From Mustelus asterias (lineage: Eukaryota), in contig NC_135808.1 of assembly GCF_964213995.1 (NCBI RefSeq), positions 23,684,001 to 23,748,000 on the forward strand: a stretch of 64,000 bases of DNA. Direction: 5' to 3'. This document shows, piece by piece, positions 1 through 14,000 of the stretch. The notes under the pieces were generated by a model. That model was not told where the DNA came from. It ran no database searches and saw only the letters and a list, made by a program, of their open reading frames with translations. The translations under genes were made by a program, and so were the position numbers. The stretch's first letter is position 1. The number at the start of each line of letters is the position of its first letter.

Positions 1-589
1 ACCCGCTTCCACTACCCCCCCCCCCCCCCCCACCCACCCCCGAGAACGAGTTCCAGGCACCCACTACTCTCTGTCTAAAAAAAAAACCTGCCTGGTACAT
101 CTCTTGTAAACCTTGCCCCTCACACATTTAACCTGTGCCCCCAAGTAATTGACTCTTCCACCCCGGGAAAAAGCTTCTGACTATCCACTGTCCATGCCTC
201 TCATAATCTTGTAGACTTCTATCAGGTCGCCCCTCAACCTCCGTCACTCCAGTGAAAACAAACCAAGTTTCTCCAACCTCTCCTCATAGCTAATGCCCTC
301 CATACCAGGCAACATCTTGGTAAATCTTTTCTGTACCCTCTCCAAAGCCTCCACATCCTTCTGGTAGTGTGGCGACCAGAATCGAACACTATATTCCAAG
401 TGCCGATGAAGGTAAGCATGCCATATGCCTTCTTGACTACCTTCTCCACCTGCATTGCCACTTTCAGTGACCTGTGTACCTGTACAGCCAGATCCCTTTT
501 CCTATCAATACTCTGAAGGGTTCTGCCATTTACTGGATATTTCCTATCTGTATTAGACCTTCCAAAATGCATTACCTCACATTTCATAG

Positions 590-2726
590 AAATGAATCAT
601 AGAAACCCTACAATGCAGAAGGAGGCCATTCGGCCCATCGAGTCTGCACCGACCACAATCCCACCCAGGCCCTGCCCCCCACATATTTACCCGCTAATCC
701 CTCTAACCTACGCATCTCAGGGGCAATTTTAACCTGGCCAATCAACCTAAGCCGCACATCTTTGGACTGTGGGAGGAAACCGGAGCACCCGGAGGAAACC
801 CACGCAAACCCACGCAAACCCACGTATGTCAAGAACAGAAGGTTGGTTAGGGCAAGTTTAGGGCCAGTTATAGACGGCAGAGGGAAGTTATGTGTGGAAC
901 CGGAGGAGATTGGTGAAGCATTGAACCAATATTTCTCTTCGGTGTTCACGCAAGGGGACATGAATATAGCTGAGGAGGACACTGGGTTGCAGGGGAGTAG
1001 AATAGACAGTATTACAGTTGATAAGGAGGATGTGCAGGATATTCTGGAGGGTCTGAAAATAGATAAATCCCCTGGTCCGGATGGGATTTATCCAAGGATT
1101 CTCTGGGAGGCAAGAGAAGTGATTGCAGAGCCTCTGGCTCTGATCTTCAGGTCGTCGTTGGCCTCTGGTATAGTACCAGAAGATTGGAGGTTAGCGAATG
1201 TTGTCCCATTGTTTAAGAAGGGGAACAGAGACTTCCCCGGGAATTATAGACCGGTGAGTCTCACTTCTGTTGTCGGCAAGATGTTGGAAAAAATTATAAG
1301 GGATAGGATTTATAGTTATTTGGAGAGTAATGAATTGATAGGTGATAGTCAGCATGGTTTTGTGGCAGGTAGGTCGTGCCTTACTAACCTTATTGAGTTT
1401 TTTGAGAAAGTGACCAAGGAGGTGGATGGGGGCAAGGCAGTGGACGTGGTATATATGGATTTTAGTAAGGCGTTTGATAAGGTTCACCATGGTAGGCTTC
1501 TGCAGAAAATGCAGATGTATGGGATTGGGGGTGATCTAGGAAATTGGATCAGGAATTGGCTAGCGGATAGGAAACAGAGGGTGGTGGTTGATAGTAAATA
1601 TTCATCATGGAGTGCGGTTACAAGTGGTGTACCTCAGGGATCTGTTTTGGGGCCACTGCTGTTTGTAATATTTATTAATGATCTGGATGAGGGTATAGTT
1701 GGGTGGATTAGCAAATTTGCTGATGACACCAAAGTCGGTGGTGTGGTAGACAGTGAGGAAGGGTGTCGTAGTTTGCAGGAAGACTTAGACAGGTTGCAAA
1801 GTTGGGCCGAGAGGTGGCGGATGGAGTTTAATGCGGAGAAGTGTGAGGTAATTCACTTTGGTCGGAATAACAGATGTGTTGAGTATAGGGCTAACGGGAG
1901 GACTTTGAATAGTGTGGAGGAGCAGAGGGATCTAGGTGTATGTGTGCATAGATCCCTGAAAGTTGGGAATCAAGTAGATAAGGTTGTTAAGAAGGCATAT
2001 GGTGTCTTGGCGTTTATTGGTAGGGGGATTGAATTTAGGAGTCGTAGCGTTATGTTGCAACTGTACACAACTCTGGTGCGGCCGCACTTGGAGTACTGTG
2101 TGCAGTTCTGGTCCCCACATTACAGGAAGGATGTGGAGGCTTTGGAGAGGGTGCAGAGGAGGTTTACCAGGATGTTGCCTGGTATGGAGGGGAGATCCTA
2201 TGAGGAGAGGCTGAGGGATTTGGGATTGTTTTCGCTGGAAAGGCGGCGGCTAAGAGGGGATCTTATTGAAACATATAAGATGATTAGAGGTTTAGATAGG
2301 GTGGATAGTGATAGCCTTTTTCCTCTGATGGAGAAATCCAGCACGAGGGGGCATGGCTTTAAATTGAGGGGGGGTAGTTATAGAACCGATGTCAGGGGTA
2401 GGTTCTTTACCCAGAGGGTGGTGAGGGATTGGAATGCCCTGCCAGCATCAGTAGTAAATGCGCCAAGTTTGGGGGCGTTTAAGAGATCCGGAGATAGGTT
2501 CATGGACGAAAAGAAATTGGTTTAGGGTCACAGTTTTTTTTTTAACTGGTCGGTGCAACATCGTGGGCCGAAGGGCCTGTTCTGCGCTGTAATGTTCTAT
2601 GTTCTATGTTCTAACACGAGGAGAATGTGCAAACTCCACACAGACAGTGACCCGAGCCGGGAATCGAACCCGGGACCCTGGAGCTGTGAAGTAGCAGTGC
2701 TAACCACTGTGCTACCGTGCCGCCCC
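590..2726 (-). mobile_element. HE1-like tRNA-derived SINE (590-820 and 2613-2726) split by CR1
   Basis: Reverse complement GGGCGGCACGGTAGCACAGTGGTTAGCACTG...GGTTCGATTCCC A/B boxes; CR1-like 3' tail. Confidence 0.85.
822..2612 (+). mobile_element. Young 5'-truncated CR1 LINE with uninterrupted RT ORF to 2525
   Basis: KSPGPDG, YRPVSLTS, DFSKAFD, GVPQGSVLGP and FADD motifs; (ATGTTCT)n tail. Confidence 0.95.
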
Positions 2727-5329
2727 TGGATTTGTCTGGATTAAACTCCATCTGCCATCTCTCCACCCAAGTCTCCAACTGATCTATATCCTGCTGTATC
2801 CTCTGATGGTCCTCATCACTGTCCACAAATCCACCAACCTTTGTGTTGTCCACAAACTTACTAATCAATCCAATTACATTTTCCTCCAAATCATTGTTTG
2901 TAACAAATAGATATATAAATGTTAATTTCAATGTAGATTAGTGAAGAAAGAAGATGTGATGTAATTTATTTTATCCCCTTTCAAAGGCACGTTTTTTCAG
3001 TTGAAAAGATCCGCAGTGAAACTGGAAGTGATGAGAGAAAGAATTGTGTGTACAGATGTGTGTGTGTAAACTTCCTGTTAGTGAATGAGGAAAGGCTGTG
3101 TGAATGCTCTGTGTTGCTGTTCCTTCAGACCGGCTCCAAATGTGTTTTCCTGAAAATGGTTAGATCTAAAGAGGGAGAACAGTTTAAAGTTTTGAAACTG
3201 GGAGCTTGTTACCACTGCAATGAAACTCTGTTGAAACGGGTGAAACATGTGGATTTCTAATCCAGATACAAATTCACATCTGTCAGAGTGGGGTTTTTAA
3301 GCTTTGTCGGTGTAATTTCAAATTCAGGAGCTGAATTTAAGGTGATTGTTGGTGGATTATTCTTGTGTTTAAAATCTCCATAAAAACAACCCTGGGGAAC
3401 ATTTGGGACTTTATCTTCTAATCCACTTTGCTCCAAGGGTTTTATTTGGAAGTATCCAGTTTGAAATGGTGAATCCACAAGACTTGAAGAAATATCTTTG
3501 TTCTGCTGAAACCGCCATTACTCTGAGAACATTGTAACCCAGTCACTTTCTGAAATCGCGGTGACAGTGAATTCCTTCACCAAACGTGTTTTAATTTAGA
3601 ATTAACGCATTCAGCTCCGAGCAGAATAAACCTTTTCTGTTGTTTTAATAACACACACACACACACACACATACAGGTAACAATTGTGTCCAATACTGCA
3701 AAGTGTAACAATATTTCTAACAGTGACAAGAATTGGAAACTTATCTGCAGCTCCAAATGTCAGATCGCGGTGTCAGTTTGATACAAAGGCTCTGATATTT
3801 CAATGATGTTTGTTATTTCCCCAGACAGAGTGCTTGGGCAGGGGGGATGTGACATAAACACACTCACCAATGAATAACAGACATTAAAAGAAAAAATCAG
3901 GAAAGGGCAGAAGATATTGGAATTCATGAGTTCAATACAGATGAGATTCGCTCCCGATTTCTCACACATTGCGGCGCGAGGCTGAATAAAATACTTGACT
4001 ACATTTAAAACCTGTTTTGAACAAAATGAGCGAGCCCGCGGCGCAATCATCTGGGCTCTCGTCTCTGTGGCCTCACGGGAGAGGTTCACTCCAGCGAGAA
4101 TCACAACGGGGCAAAACCCGATAGCCTCACTAGTGGATCCAGAGGCCACTGAAGCCACCGCGAGAAGTCGGGGGGGGAGGGGGGGGGAGTGCCTTGTGGG
4201 CAGTGCCAAGCCTGATACTCTGGCAGTGTGAAGGGTGTGGAGCCTGATTTGTTGGGGGACCAAATCCTGGTGGGAATATCAGTGGTGATGGGAGGGGATG
4301 TGCTGCACACTCTGCATTTGCAATTTGGGGGGAAGGGGGGTCGCTACTGCCACTCAGCATTTGCCATTGGTGAGGGGAAGCAGTGGGGCCTACTGCATTG
4401 CAATTGGGGGTGGGATGGGGGGGTTTGATCTGTCTGGGAGGGTGTGGCTCGATCCGTCGGGGCAGGTGGGGTGTCGCGGGGTCAATTGGTCTGGCCATCA
4501 GGGGTCGCATGAGGCCACGGACCGCTGTGGCAGCTGGGGAGGTCCGTGTTTAGGCCATGGAGGTCTGGTGAAAGCAGCAGAGGCTGAGTGACAGGTTTCT
4601 CTGTTGCTCAGAGTAGAGGGACCTGCACATGCACAATGGTGTCCTCTGCTGTTGTCAGGCCGCATTCTGGTGATTTAAGCCCTGCCCACTCCCCCTACAG
4701 GCAAGAAACAGATTAGGGGTTCTTTTCTGCTCCAACTGCATAAGATTGCAGATTTTGATTCACCGAAAAGATGGATCAGAAACTCTCCCGTTTTCATACT
4801 CTTTCTGGACTTAGAATATTTTTCACAAGATCGCCCTCTAGTGTCTGTGCAGGATAAACAGATCAGATCAGAATAGCTTAAAGTGCAGCTCCAGATATAG
4901 CAATTACTTCCAAACCACCACCACAGTTCCATTTAAACAGAATCACATTTGTGGAGCTTGAATCAGTCAGTCGCTGTCACCTTGATGAAGTCACATCTTC
5001 CCTCATTCTCTCATCCTCTCCAGCTGCTGTTCTCGGAAACTGGTGTTCCTGGATTACAAACGCTGGAATGCACTGGAGATGAGAAAGAAATACATCACTA
5101 TAGAGTGAGGCAAAGCCAGCAGAGCTAGAACCACCCACCCGCGCCCCCCCCCGCCAAGCCAAAACCCATCAGATCCATCCAACTCCCACATAAACCAGCA
5201 GCAAAATCCATCTGACCCCTCACGCCTCATAATGCAGAAACCTGGAAGAGATACAGAGAGAGGAATATTAGGAAAGAAAAGAGGGGGCACGACAAAATAC
5301 TAGCAAGAAAAATCAAGGCACCTCCAAGG

Positions 5330-7265
5330 ATGTCCTATCAGTCCCTGAAGAGAAAAGGATAAGGAAAGTAGAGCTTTTTGGAGACCAATAAAATAGTCTG
5401 TGCCCTAAATGATAAAAAAATAAATAGTCTGTGTGAGAGGGTGGAGAATGTGATGGATTTCAAAAGGATTAACAAGGCAAAGGGAATCCCCAATAAATGG
5501 GAGGATAATGAGTAATGTGGAGGAAGAGAGGCACCCAGGAGTGTATGTCCACAGACTGGGAAAGGTGTCAGGACAGGTTAATAATTGTGGTAAAGGTGGT
5601 ATATAACATGCTTTCCTTTATTAGCCAAGGCACAGAGCAGAGTGGTTTTGCTAGAACTGTAAACACCAGATAGACGACAGCTGAAGCACTGCACACAGTC
5701 TGGTCAGCATATTACACAAAAGATGTGATTATACAATGTCGATGAATATGAGGTTATCCACTTTGGTCGCAATAATAGGAAGACAGATTATTATTTGAAT
5801 GGGTGTAAATGGAGAGAGGTGGATACTCAGCGAGACCTTGATGTCCTCATGCATCAGTCGCTGAAAGTAAAGTACAGCAAGCAGTAAAGAAGGCAAATGG
5901 TCTGCTGGCCTTCAGAGCGAGAGGATTTGAACATAATAATAGGGATGTTTTACTGCAATTGTATAGGGCATTAGTGAAGCCACCCCTGGAGTATTGTGTG
6001 CAGTTTTGGTATCCTTATCTGAGGAAGGATGTCCTTGCTATGGAGGGAGTACGATGAAGGTATACCAGGCTGGTTCCTGGGATGGCAGGACGAAGTCAGG
6101 TAGGATTATATTCACTGGCATTTAGAAGAGTGAGAGGGGATTGCAAAGAAACTTATAAAATTCTGACAGGATTAGAGCGGGTAGATTCAGAAAAAATGTT
6201 CCCAATGGAGGGGGAGTCTAGAATGAGGGGCCATTGTTTGTGTATAAAGGGTAAAACTTTTAGAACTAAGGTGAGGGGAAATTTCTTCACCCAGAGGGTG
6301 GTGAATGTGTGGAATTCACTACCACAGAGTGTAGTTGAAGCAAAAACACTGTCTGATTTCAAGAAGAAATTAGATGTAGCTCTTGGGGCTAAAGAGATCA
6401 AGGGATATGGGAGGAAGGGTGGATCAGGATATTGAATTTGATGATTGGAACTGCTGCCACACAGCGCCAGGGGCCCGGGATCGATTTCCAACTTGGGTCA
6501 CTGTCTGTGCAGAATCTGCACGTTCTCCCCGTGCCTGCGTGGGTTTACTCCGGATGCTCCGGTTTCCTCCCACAGTCTGAGAGACGTGCTGGTTAGGTGT
6601 ATTGGCCATGCTAAATTCTCCCTCAGTGTACCTGAACAGGTGCCAGAGTGTGACGACTAAGGGGTTTCCACAGTAACTTCACTGCAGTGTTAATGTAAGC
6701 CGACTTGTGACAATAATAAACAAACTTTGAAAAACTTTAAAACCAGAAGAAATGACGGAGCAGGTTTGAAGGGCCGAATGGCCTCCTCCTGCTTCTGGTT
6801 TCTCTGTACTGGAGAGAATGCAGAGGAGATTGTTTAATGTGGACAGGACTGGAGAATGTTCACTGTGAGGAAAGAGCGGATAGGCTGGAATAGGATTCTG
6901 TGGAATAGAGGAGGCCGAGGGGAGATTTAATTGGGGTGGATATAATTATGAGGAGCCATGGTAAATAGAGATGACACATTTACCTGAGCAGAAGGGTCAA
7001 AAACCAGGGGACAAGATTTAAACTAATTGTTAGAATGATCAGCGGGAAGTGAGGAAAGAGATTTTCACCCAGAGGGTGGGAGGGACCCGGGACTCACTGT
7101 CTGAAAGGATGGTAGAGGCAGAAACTCTCACCACATTGAGTCAATTCTTGGATGTCGAGTTGAAAAGCTGTGATCTACAGAGCTGCAGATCGAGTACAGG
7201 AAGGTGAGATGAGGCTGGAGAGCTCTTCATTAACAGGCAGGGACATGATGGGCTGAATGGCCTCA
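5330..7265 (+). mobile_element. Nested CR1 fragments (inner copy about 5732-6806) with SINE at about 6448-6730
   Basis: LYSLAFRRVRGD and FFTQRVVNVWNSLP CR1 C-terminal motifs. Confidence 0.8.
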
Positions 7266-7435
7266 CTCTCAAACATACATTTTCTATCATTCAACATTCC
7301 AACCACACACCACGAGCTAAACCCCTCAGAGCCCCAAACGCCAGCGAAACCCATCAGAGCCCCAAACGCCAGCTAAACCCCTAAGATCCACTCCGAACCC
7401 CAAACATCCAGTGAAAGAACAGACCCATCATGTGT

Positions 7436-7678
7436 CACAGAATCCCTACAGCACAGAAGGAGGCCATTCAGCCCATCGAGCCTGAACCGACAACAATCCC
7501 AGCCAGGGCCTATCCCTGTAACCCCACGTATTTATCCTGTTAATCCCCCTCACAGTAAGGGGTAATTTAGCACAGCCAATCAACATAACCTATACATCTT
7601 TGGAGTGTGGGAGGAAACTGGAGCACCCAGAGAAAACCCACGCAGACATGGGGAGAATGTGCAAACTCCACACAGACA
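7436..7678 (-). mobile_element. HE1-like SINE fragment; inverted paralogue at about 43070-43310
   Basis: Shared SINE body and tail. Confidence 0.75.
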
Positions 7679-8050
7679 AAACAAGACTAATGTTAAATCC
7701 TGTGGGAGTGGCAAAGCCCAGTGACCAACTTCATGGAAATCTCAGGGAATTACAACTTCCTTAAAGAAATTGAGCAGCTGAGAGGAGGCTGTCCAGGGTG
7801 AGACGTTTCCGGATGTCTCTACACGTCAACACCCACAATGTCTCCACCCTCAGACTGTACAGGAGCAGCCGTCTCCAGAAGGCCAGTCTCAAAGCTCAGT
7901 GTTGGATTGGATGGGCTGCTCTTTAGTGACTATACAGCGAGAGACAGACACTGAGCTCACATCCCACCCACCAGATTGTACAGCTAAATCCAGTGGGAAT
8001 GTCACAGTTAGAAGGATCAGCTCCCAATATTTATCAACACAGTTCATACC

Positions 8051-8097
8051 TCAGGAACGCGTGGAGGGGCTGGATGAGGAATCCCCACCATCAGAAG
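8051..8097 (-). CDS. Gene A exon 7 (cytoplasmic tail, stop)
   Basis: TSDGGDSSSSPSTRS*; Ser-rich tail typical of class I. Confidence 0.85.
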
Positions 8098-11000
8098 CTG
8101 TTAAAGGAGGGAGAGACATTAAAAACTGTTCATTATCAGAGAGACAGAGACTGTGCACAAGATATAGATACAGAGAGAAAGAGACACACACACATACATA
8201 CACACACCATTTGGTTGAGTATATTTGACACAGAATGAACAATGATTCACACATTACACAGAGATACAGATGATGTTTGATGATCAGCTTACTATTTGCA
8301 GGATTGTAGTCGCTCTTCCCTCTCCCTGTAAAACAAGGAATGTTCAGTGAGTGACAAGACTGAGAGAAAATCAGAGACAGAGGCTGGAACTCTCGCTCGC
8401 ACTGAGCCCCGACAACACAATTCTGAACCCTCACTCCCACCACAACCCGAGACCCTCACTTTGCCCTTACCAGTGACCCTCTCTCTGTCCTTAGACCCTC
8501 ACCTGAGACCCTCACTCCCACACTGACCTGAGCCCCTCACAGATACCCTGAGCTCCTCATCCAATCTGAGACTCTTCCCACAATTCTCAGACACTCCCTC
8601 TTTATCATGAGCCCCTTATCCTCCCGATCCCAACCCTGGGGCTCTCCCACCCACTCTGTTTCCCCCCCACATCAACGCGAGACCCACAGCCTGAGCCCCC
8701 CCACCCTGGAATACTCTCCCACAATCCCTCCCCCCAGTGAGGAGCTGCTCTTTTCCCTCCAATTCCTACCTTTCTTGTTGTAGATGACGACAGCCACAAT
8801 GATGAGAGCGATGAGCACGAGGACCCCGACCACAATCCCGACAGTAACAGCAACCTGGGAGTGAGACTTTGGTTCTGTTAGAGAGAGAGAATCAGAGAGA
8901 CTGAGTGAATCAGGGAGAGGGAAAAGTGAGAATCAGAGAGAGAGAATGTACAGAGTGGGAGAGAGAGAGGGAGCTAGCATCGAACAATGAGTGAGGGAGT
9001 GGATGAGAGATAGAGAAAGCTGAGAGAGAAAGAATGAGAGAGTGAATCAGAGTGAGAGAGAGAATCAGGAAACACAGGATATACGACACAGAAACTGGCC
9101 ATTCGGCCCTTCCAGTTGATGCTGGTATTTATGTTCCACTTGAGCCTCCTCCCGTCATTCCTCATCTCATTCGACCATTTTAACTCTATTCCCTTCTCCC
9201 TCGTTTGCTCGTCTATCCTAGGGGATAGACGAGCAAATTGTTCAGTTCAGCCACTCCCTGTGGCAGCGAGCTCCACATTCTCATCACTCTTTGGGTGAAG
9301 AGGTTTCTCATGAATTCCCCATTGGGTTTCTTGTATTGATAGCCACTGGATATGCTCTTCCCACAAGAGGAACACTCTCGGTGTGTCCGCTCTATAAAAA
9401 ACCTTTGAGAATTTTAAAGTCCTCGATTAGATCAACCCTCAGCCTTCTGTTTTCCCGAGAGCAGAGACACAGCCGGTCAATCCTTTCCTGAGATGTCCAC
9501 CCACTCATTTCTGGAATCATCTCTGTAAATCTTCTCGACACTCTCTCCCCTGACTCTATATCCTTTGTATGAAATGGTGACCGGAACTGCACACGGTCTT
9601 TAAATGTGGTCTAACCAAGGTTTGGCAATAACGTCCCTGCTTTACAATTCTATCCCTCGAGAAGTAAAACCTGGTTTTCGATTGTATTTTGTTTATTGTC
9701 TAACCTGTAACTCTATGTTTACTGATTGGTGTATTTGTACATCAAGATCCCTTTCTTCCTCAACCCTCCCTATTCATCGTTAACTGAAAAATACCTCACG
9801 TTTATCTGTGCTGAACTTTATTCACCAACTATTTGCTGAAGTTTATTCATGTCCTATTAATTTATGATGTGGAGATGCCGGCGTTGGACTGGGGTAAACA
9901 CAGTAAGAAGTTTAACAACACCAGGTTAAAGTCCAACAGGTTTATTTGGTAGCAAAAGCCACACAAGCTTTCGAGGCTCTGAGCCCCTTCTTCAGGTGAG
10001 TGGGAATTCTGTTCACAAACAGAACTTATAAGACACAGACTCAATTTACATGAATAATGGTTGGAATGCGAATACTTACAACTAATCCAGTCTTTAAGAA
10101 ACAAAACAATGGGAGTGGAGAGAGCATCAAGACAGGCTAAAAAGATGTGTATTGTCTCCAGACAAGACAGCCAGTGAAACTCTGCAGGTCCACGCAACTG
10201 TGGGAGTTACAAATAGTGTGACATAAATTCTGATTCTAGGATCGCATGATAAAGACTCAGGAGGAAAAAAGCAGAAATATTTATGTGAAATAGTGTGACA
10301 TAAACCCAATATCCCGGTTGAGGCCGTCCTTGTGTGTGCGGAACCTGGCTATCAGTTTCTGCTCAGCGACTCTGCGCTGTCGTGTGTCGCGAAGGCCGCC
10401 TTGGAGAACGCTTACCCGAATATCAGAGGCCGAATGCCCGTGACCGCTGAAGTGCTCCCCAACAGGAGGAGAACAGTCTTGCCTGGTGATTGTCGAGCGG
10501 TGTTCATTCATCCGTTGTCGCAGCGTCTGCATAGTTTCCCCAATGTACCATGCCTCGGGACATCCTTTCTTGCAGCGTATCAGGTAGACAACGTTGGCCG
10601 AGTTGCAAGAGTATGTACCGTGTACCTGGTGGATGGTGTTCTCACGTGAGATGATGGCATCTGTGTCAATGATCCGGCACGTCTTGCAGAGGTTGCTGTG
10701 GCAGGGTTGTGTGGTGTCTTGGTCACTGTTCTCCTGAAGGCTGGGTAGTTTGCTGCGGACAATGGTCTGTTTGAGGTTGTGCGGTTGTTTGAAGGCAAGA
10801 AGTGGGGGTGTGGGGATGGCCTTGGCGAGATGTTCGTCTTCATCAATGACATGTTGAAGGCTCCGGAGGAGATGCCCTAGCTTCTCCGCTCCGGGGAAGT
10901 ACTGGACAACGAAGGGTACTCTGTCCACTGTGTCCCGTGTTTGTCTTCTGAGGAGGTCGGTGCGGTTTTTCGCTGTGGCGCGTTGGAACTGTTGATCAAT

Positions 11001-14000
11001 GAGTCTAGCGCCATATCCTGTTCTTATGAGGGCATCTTTCAGCGTCTGGAGGTGTCTGTTGCGATCCTCCTCATCCGAGCAGATCCTGTGTATACGGAGG
11101 GCTTGTCCGTAGGGGATGGCTTCTTTAACATGTTTAGGGTGGAAGCTGGAGAAGTGGAGCATCGTGAGGTTATCCGTGGGCTTGCGGTACAGTGAGGTGC
11201 TGAGGTGACCGTCCTTAATGGAGATGCGCGTGTCCAAGAATGCAACCGATTCCGGAGAGTAGTCTATGGTGAGCCTGATGGTGGGATGGAACTTGTTGAT
11301 GTCATCATAGAGTTGTTTCATTGATTGTTCACCATGAGTCCAAAGGAAGAAAATGTCATCGATGTATCTAGTGTATAGCACCGGTTGAAGGTCCCGTGCG
11401 GTGAAGAAGTCTTGTTCGAACCTGTGCATGAAGATGTTGGCATATTGAGGTGCAAATTTGGTCCCCATGGCTGTTCCGTGTGTCTGGATGAAGAACTGGT
11501 TGTTGAAGGTGAAGATATTGTGGTCCAGGATGAAGCGGATGAGATGTAAAATTGCATCTGGAAACTGGCAGTTGTTGGCACTGAGCACTGAGGCCGTTGC
11601 AGCAATGCCATCGTCATGGGGGATGCTGGTGTAGAGTGCTGAGACATCCATTGTGACGAGGAGCGCTCCTGGTTCAACTGCTCCATGTGTGCCGAGTTTC
11701 TGTAGGAAGTCCGTCGTGTCGCGACAAAAGCTGGGGGTTCTTTGTACAATGGGTTTCAGGATGCCCTCGACATAGCCGGAGAGGTTCTCGCACAGGGTCC
11801 CATTGCCCGATACGATGGGACAGCCGGGTGTGTTTGCCTTGTGTATCTTCGGGAGGCAGTAGAGATCTCCAACGCGGGGAGTACGTGGGATGAGAGCACG
11901 GAGGGTGTTCTGAAGGTCCGGATCAAAGGTCTTGATCAGAGTGTTGAGTTGACGGGTGTGTTCTTTGGTCGGATCTGCAGGTAACTCTGTAGTGTTCCTC
12001 GTTGTTGAGTTGTCGGTACACTTCTTTGCAGTAATCCGTTCTGTTCAGTATGACGATGGCCCCTTCTTTGTCTGCTGGTTTGATGACAATGTTGCGGTTG
12101 GTCTTGAGAGCGTGGATGGCGTTACGTTGTGCTTGGGTGATGTTCGGGGCTGTCTTGTGAGTGCGGCTGATGAATTTGGTGTTGACGCACCTCCTGACGG
12201 CTTGGGCATACATGTCAAGTCGAGGGCAGCGGCCTTCCGGAGGAGTCCAATTCGACTCTTTCCTCTTCGGATGCACTGCGGATCTCTCTGTCGGCTGTTC
12301 CAGTTCATTGGCTGTCTCATTGTGTTCGTTGTTGGCCTCTTGGGGTTTGTGGAAGAACTCCCTCAGCCTCATTCGCCTGATGAATTCCTCTGTGTCTGCT
12401 GCGAGACTGATGGGGTCTATTTTGGTGGTGGGGCAAAAATTAAGCCCTCGGCTGAGAACTTCGATTTCATCTGGTTGAAGTGTGTAGTCGGACAAGTTGA
12501 CAATGGACTTCCCTGCAGTGGTACTGTTTTCTACTGTGGTACCGGGGGAGGCTTGGTTGCTGCTGGTGGTGATGCCGAGTTTCTCAAGTTTCCTGTTCTT
12601 GGTGTGCATGTAGATGGTGTAGTTCCTTTGTCTCGTCTGCTTGGCAGAGTTTCGCAGCTGGTCTGCGTCCTGAGCGCAAGTTGAGAATATGGATTCGATC
12701 TTGGTTTCCAGGCTGCGGCGTTTGCTGTAGAGTTGGTGTATGAGGTGGTTGAGGAGGGTGAGAGAGGTGCGACGGCAAAGTCTCTCAGCGTAGTCTGTGT
12801 TATAGGTTGACCTGAGTGGGTTCGTGATCTGTAGTCCTTTCGGTATCTTGTCTGCTTTCTTGCATCTTTGTAGAAACTTGATGTCTGTGTCGATATGCGC
12901 GATCTTCTTGGCGATCCTCTCCACTTGGAGCCGGCAGTTTGCGGTGTCTATGGTAGTCATGATGTGGAGATGCCGGCGTTGGACTGGGGTAAACACAGTA
13001 AGAAGTTTAACAACACCAGGTTAAAGTCCAACAGGTTTATTTGGTAGCAAAAGCCACACAAGCTTTCGAGGCTCTGAGCCCCTTCTTCAGGTGAGTGGGA
13101 ATTCTGTTCACAAACAGAACTTATAAGACACAGACTCAATTTACATGAATAATGGTTGGAATGCGAATACTTACAACTAATCCAGTCTTTAAGAAACAAA
13201 ACAATGGGAGTGGAGAGAGCATCAAGACAGGCTAAAAAGATGTGTATTGTCTCCAGACAAGACAGCCAGTGAAACTCTGCAGGTCCACGCAACTGTGGGA
13301 GTTACAAATAGTGTGACATAAATTCTGATTCTAGGATCGCATGATAAAGACTCAGGAGGAAAAAAGCAGAAATATTTATGTGAAATAGTGTGACATGAAC
13401 CCAATATCCCGGTTGAGGCCGTCCTTGTGTGTGCGGAACTTGGCTATCAGTTTCTGCTCAGCGACTCTGCACTGTCCTGTGTCGCGAAGGCCGCCTTGGA
13501 GAACGCTTACCCGAATATCAGAGGCCGAATGCCCGTGACCGCTGAAGTGTTCCCCAACAGGAAGAGAACAGTCTTGCCTGGTGATTGTCGAGCGGTGTTC
13601 ATTCATCCGTTGTCGCAGCGTCTGCATAGTTTCCCCAATGTACCATGCCTCGGGACGTCCTTTCTTGCAGCGTATCAGGTAGACAACGTTGGCCGAGTTG
13701 CAAGAGTATGTACCGTGTACCTGGTGGATGGTGTTCTCACGTGAGATGATGGCATCTGTGTCGATGATCCGGCACGTCTTGCAGAGGTTGCTGTGGCAGG
13801 GTTGTGTGGTGTCTTGGTCACTGTTCTCCTGAAGGCTGGGTAGTTTGCTGCGGACAATGGTCTGTTTGAGGTTGTGCGGTTGTTTGAAGGCAAGAAGTGG
13901 GGGTGTGGGGATGGCCTTAGCGAGATGTTCGTCTTCATCAATGACATGTTGAAGGCTCCGGAGGAGATGCTGTAGCTTCTCCGCTCCGGGGAAGTACTGG

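Larger units (their letters stand above)
1..2893 (-). mobile_element. Older CR1 fragment (1-586 and 2730-2893) split by SINE and CR1 insertions
   Basis: CEVMHFGRSN and ISKFVDNTKVGG; contiguous in the paralogue at 47875-48755. Confidence 0.85.

Noticed and set aside
762-821. N-terminus of the 587-aa ORF as a real protein start
   Set aside because: It is antisense SINE sequence with a TTG start, fused by chance to a 5'-truncated CR1 lacking the endonuclease.
3760-4263. 167-aa ORF also present at 46548-47027, suggesting a conserved gene
   Set aside because: The similarity follows from the segmental duplication. It lies in a repeat, has no recognisable domain, and the frames diverge at both ends.
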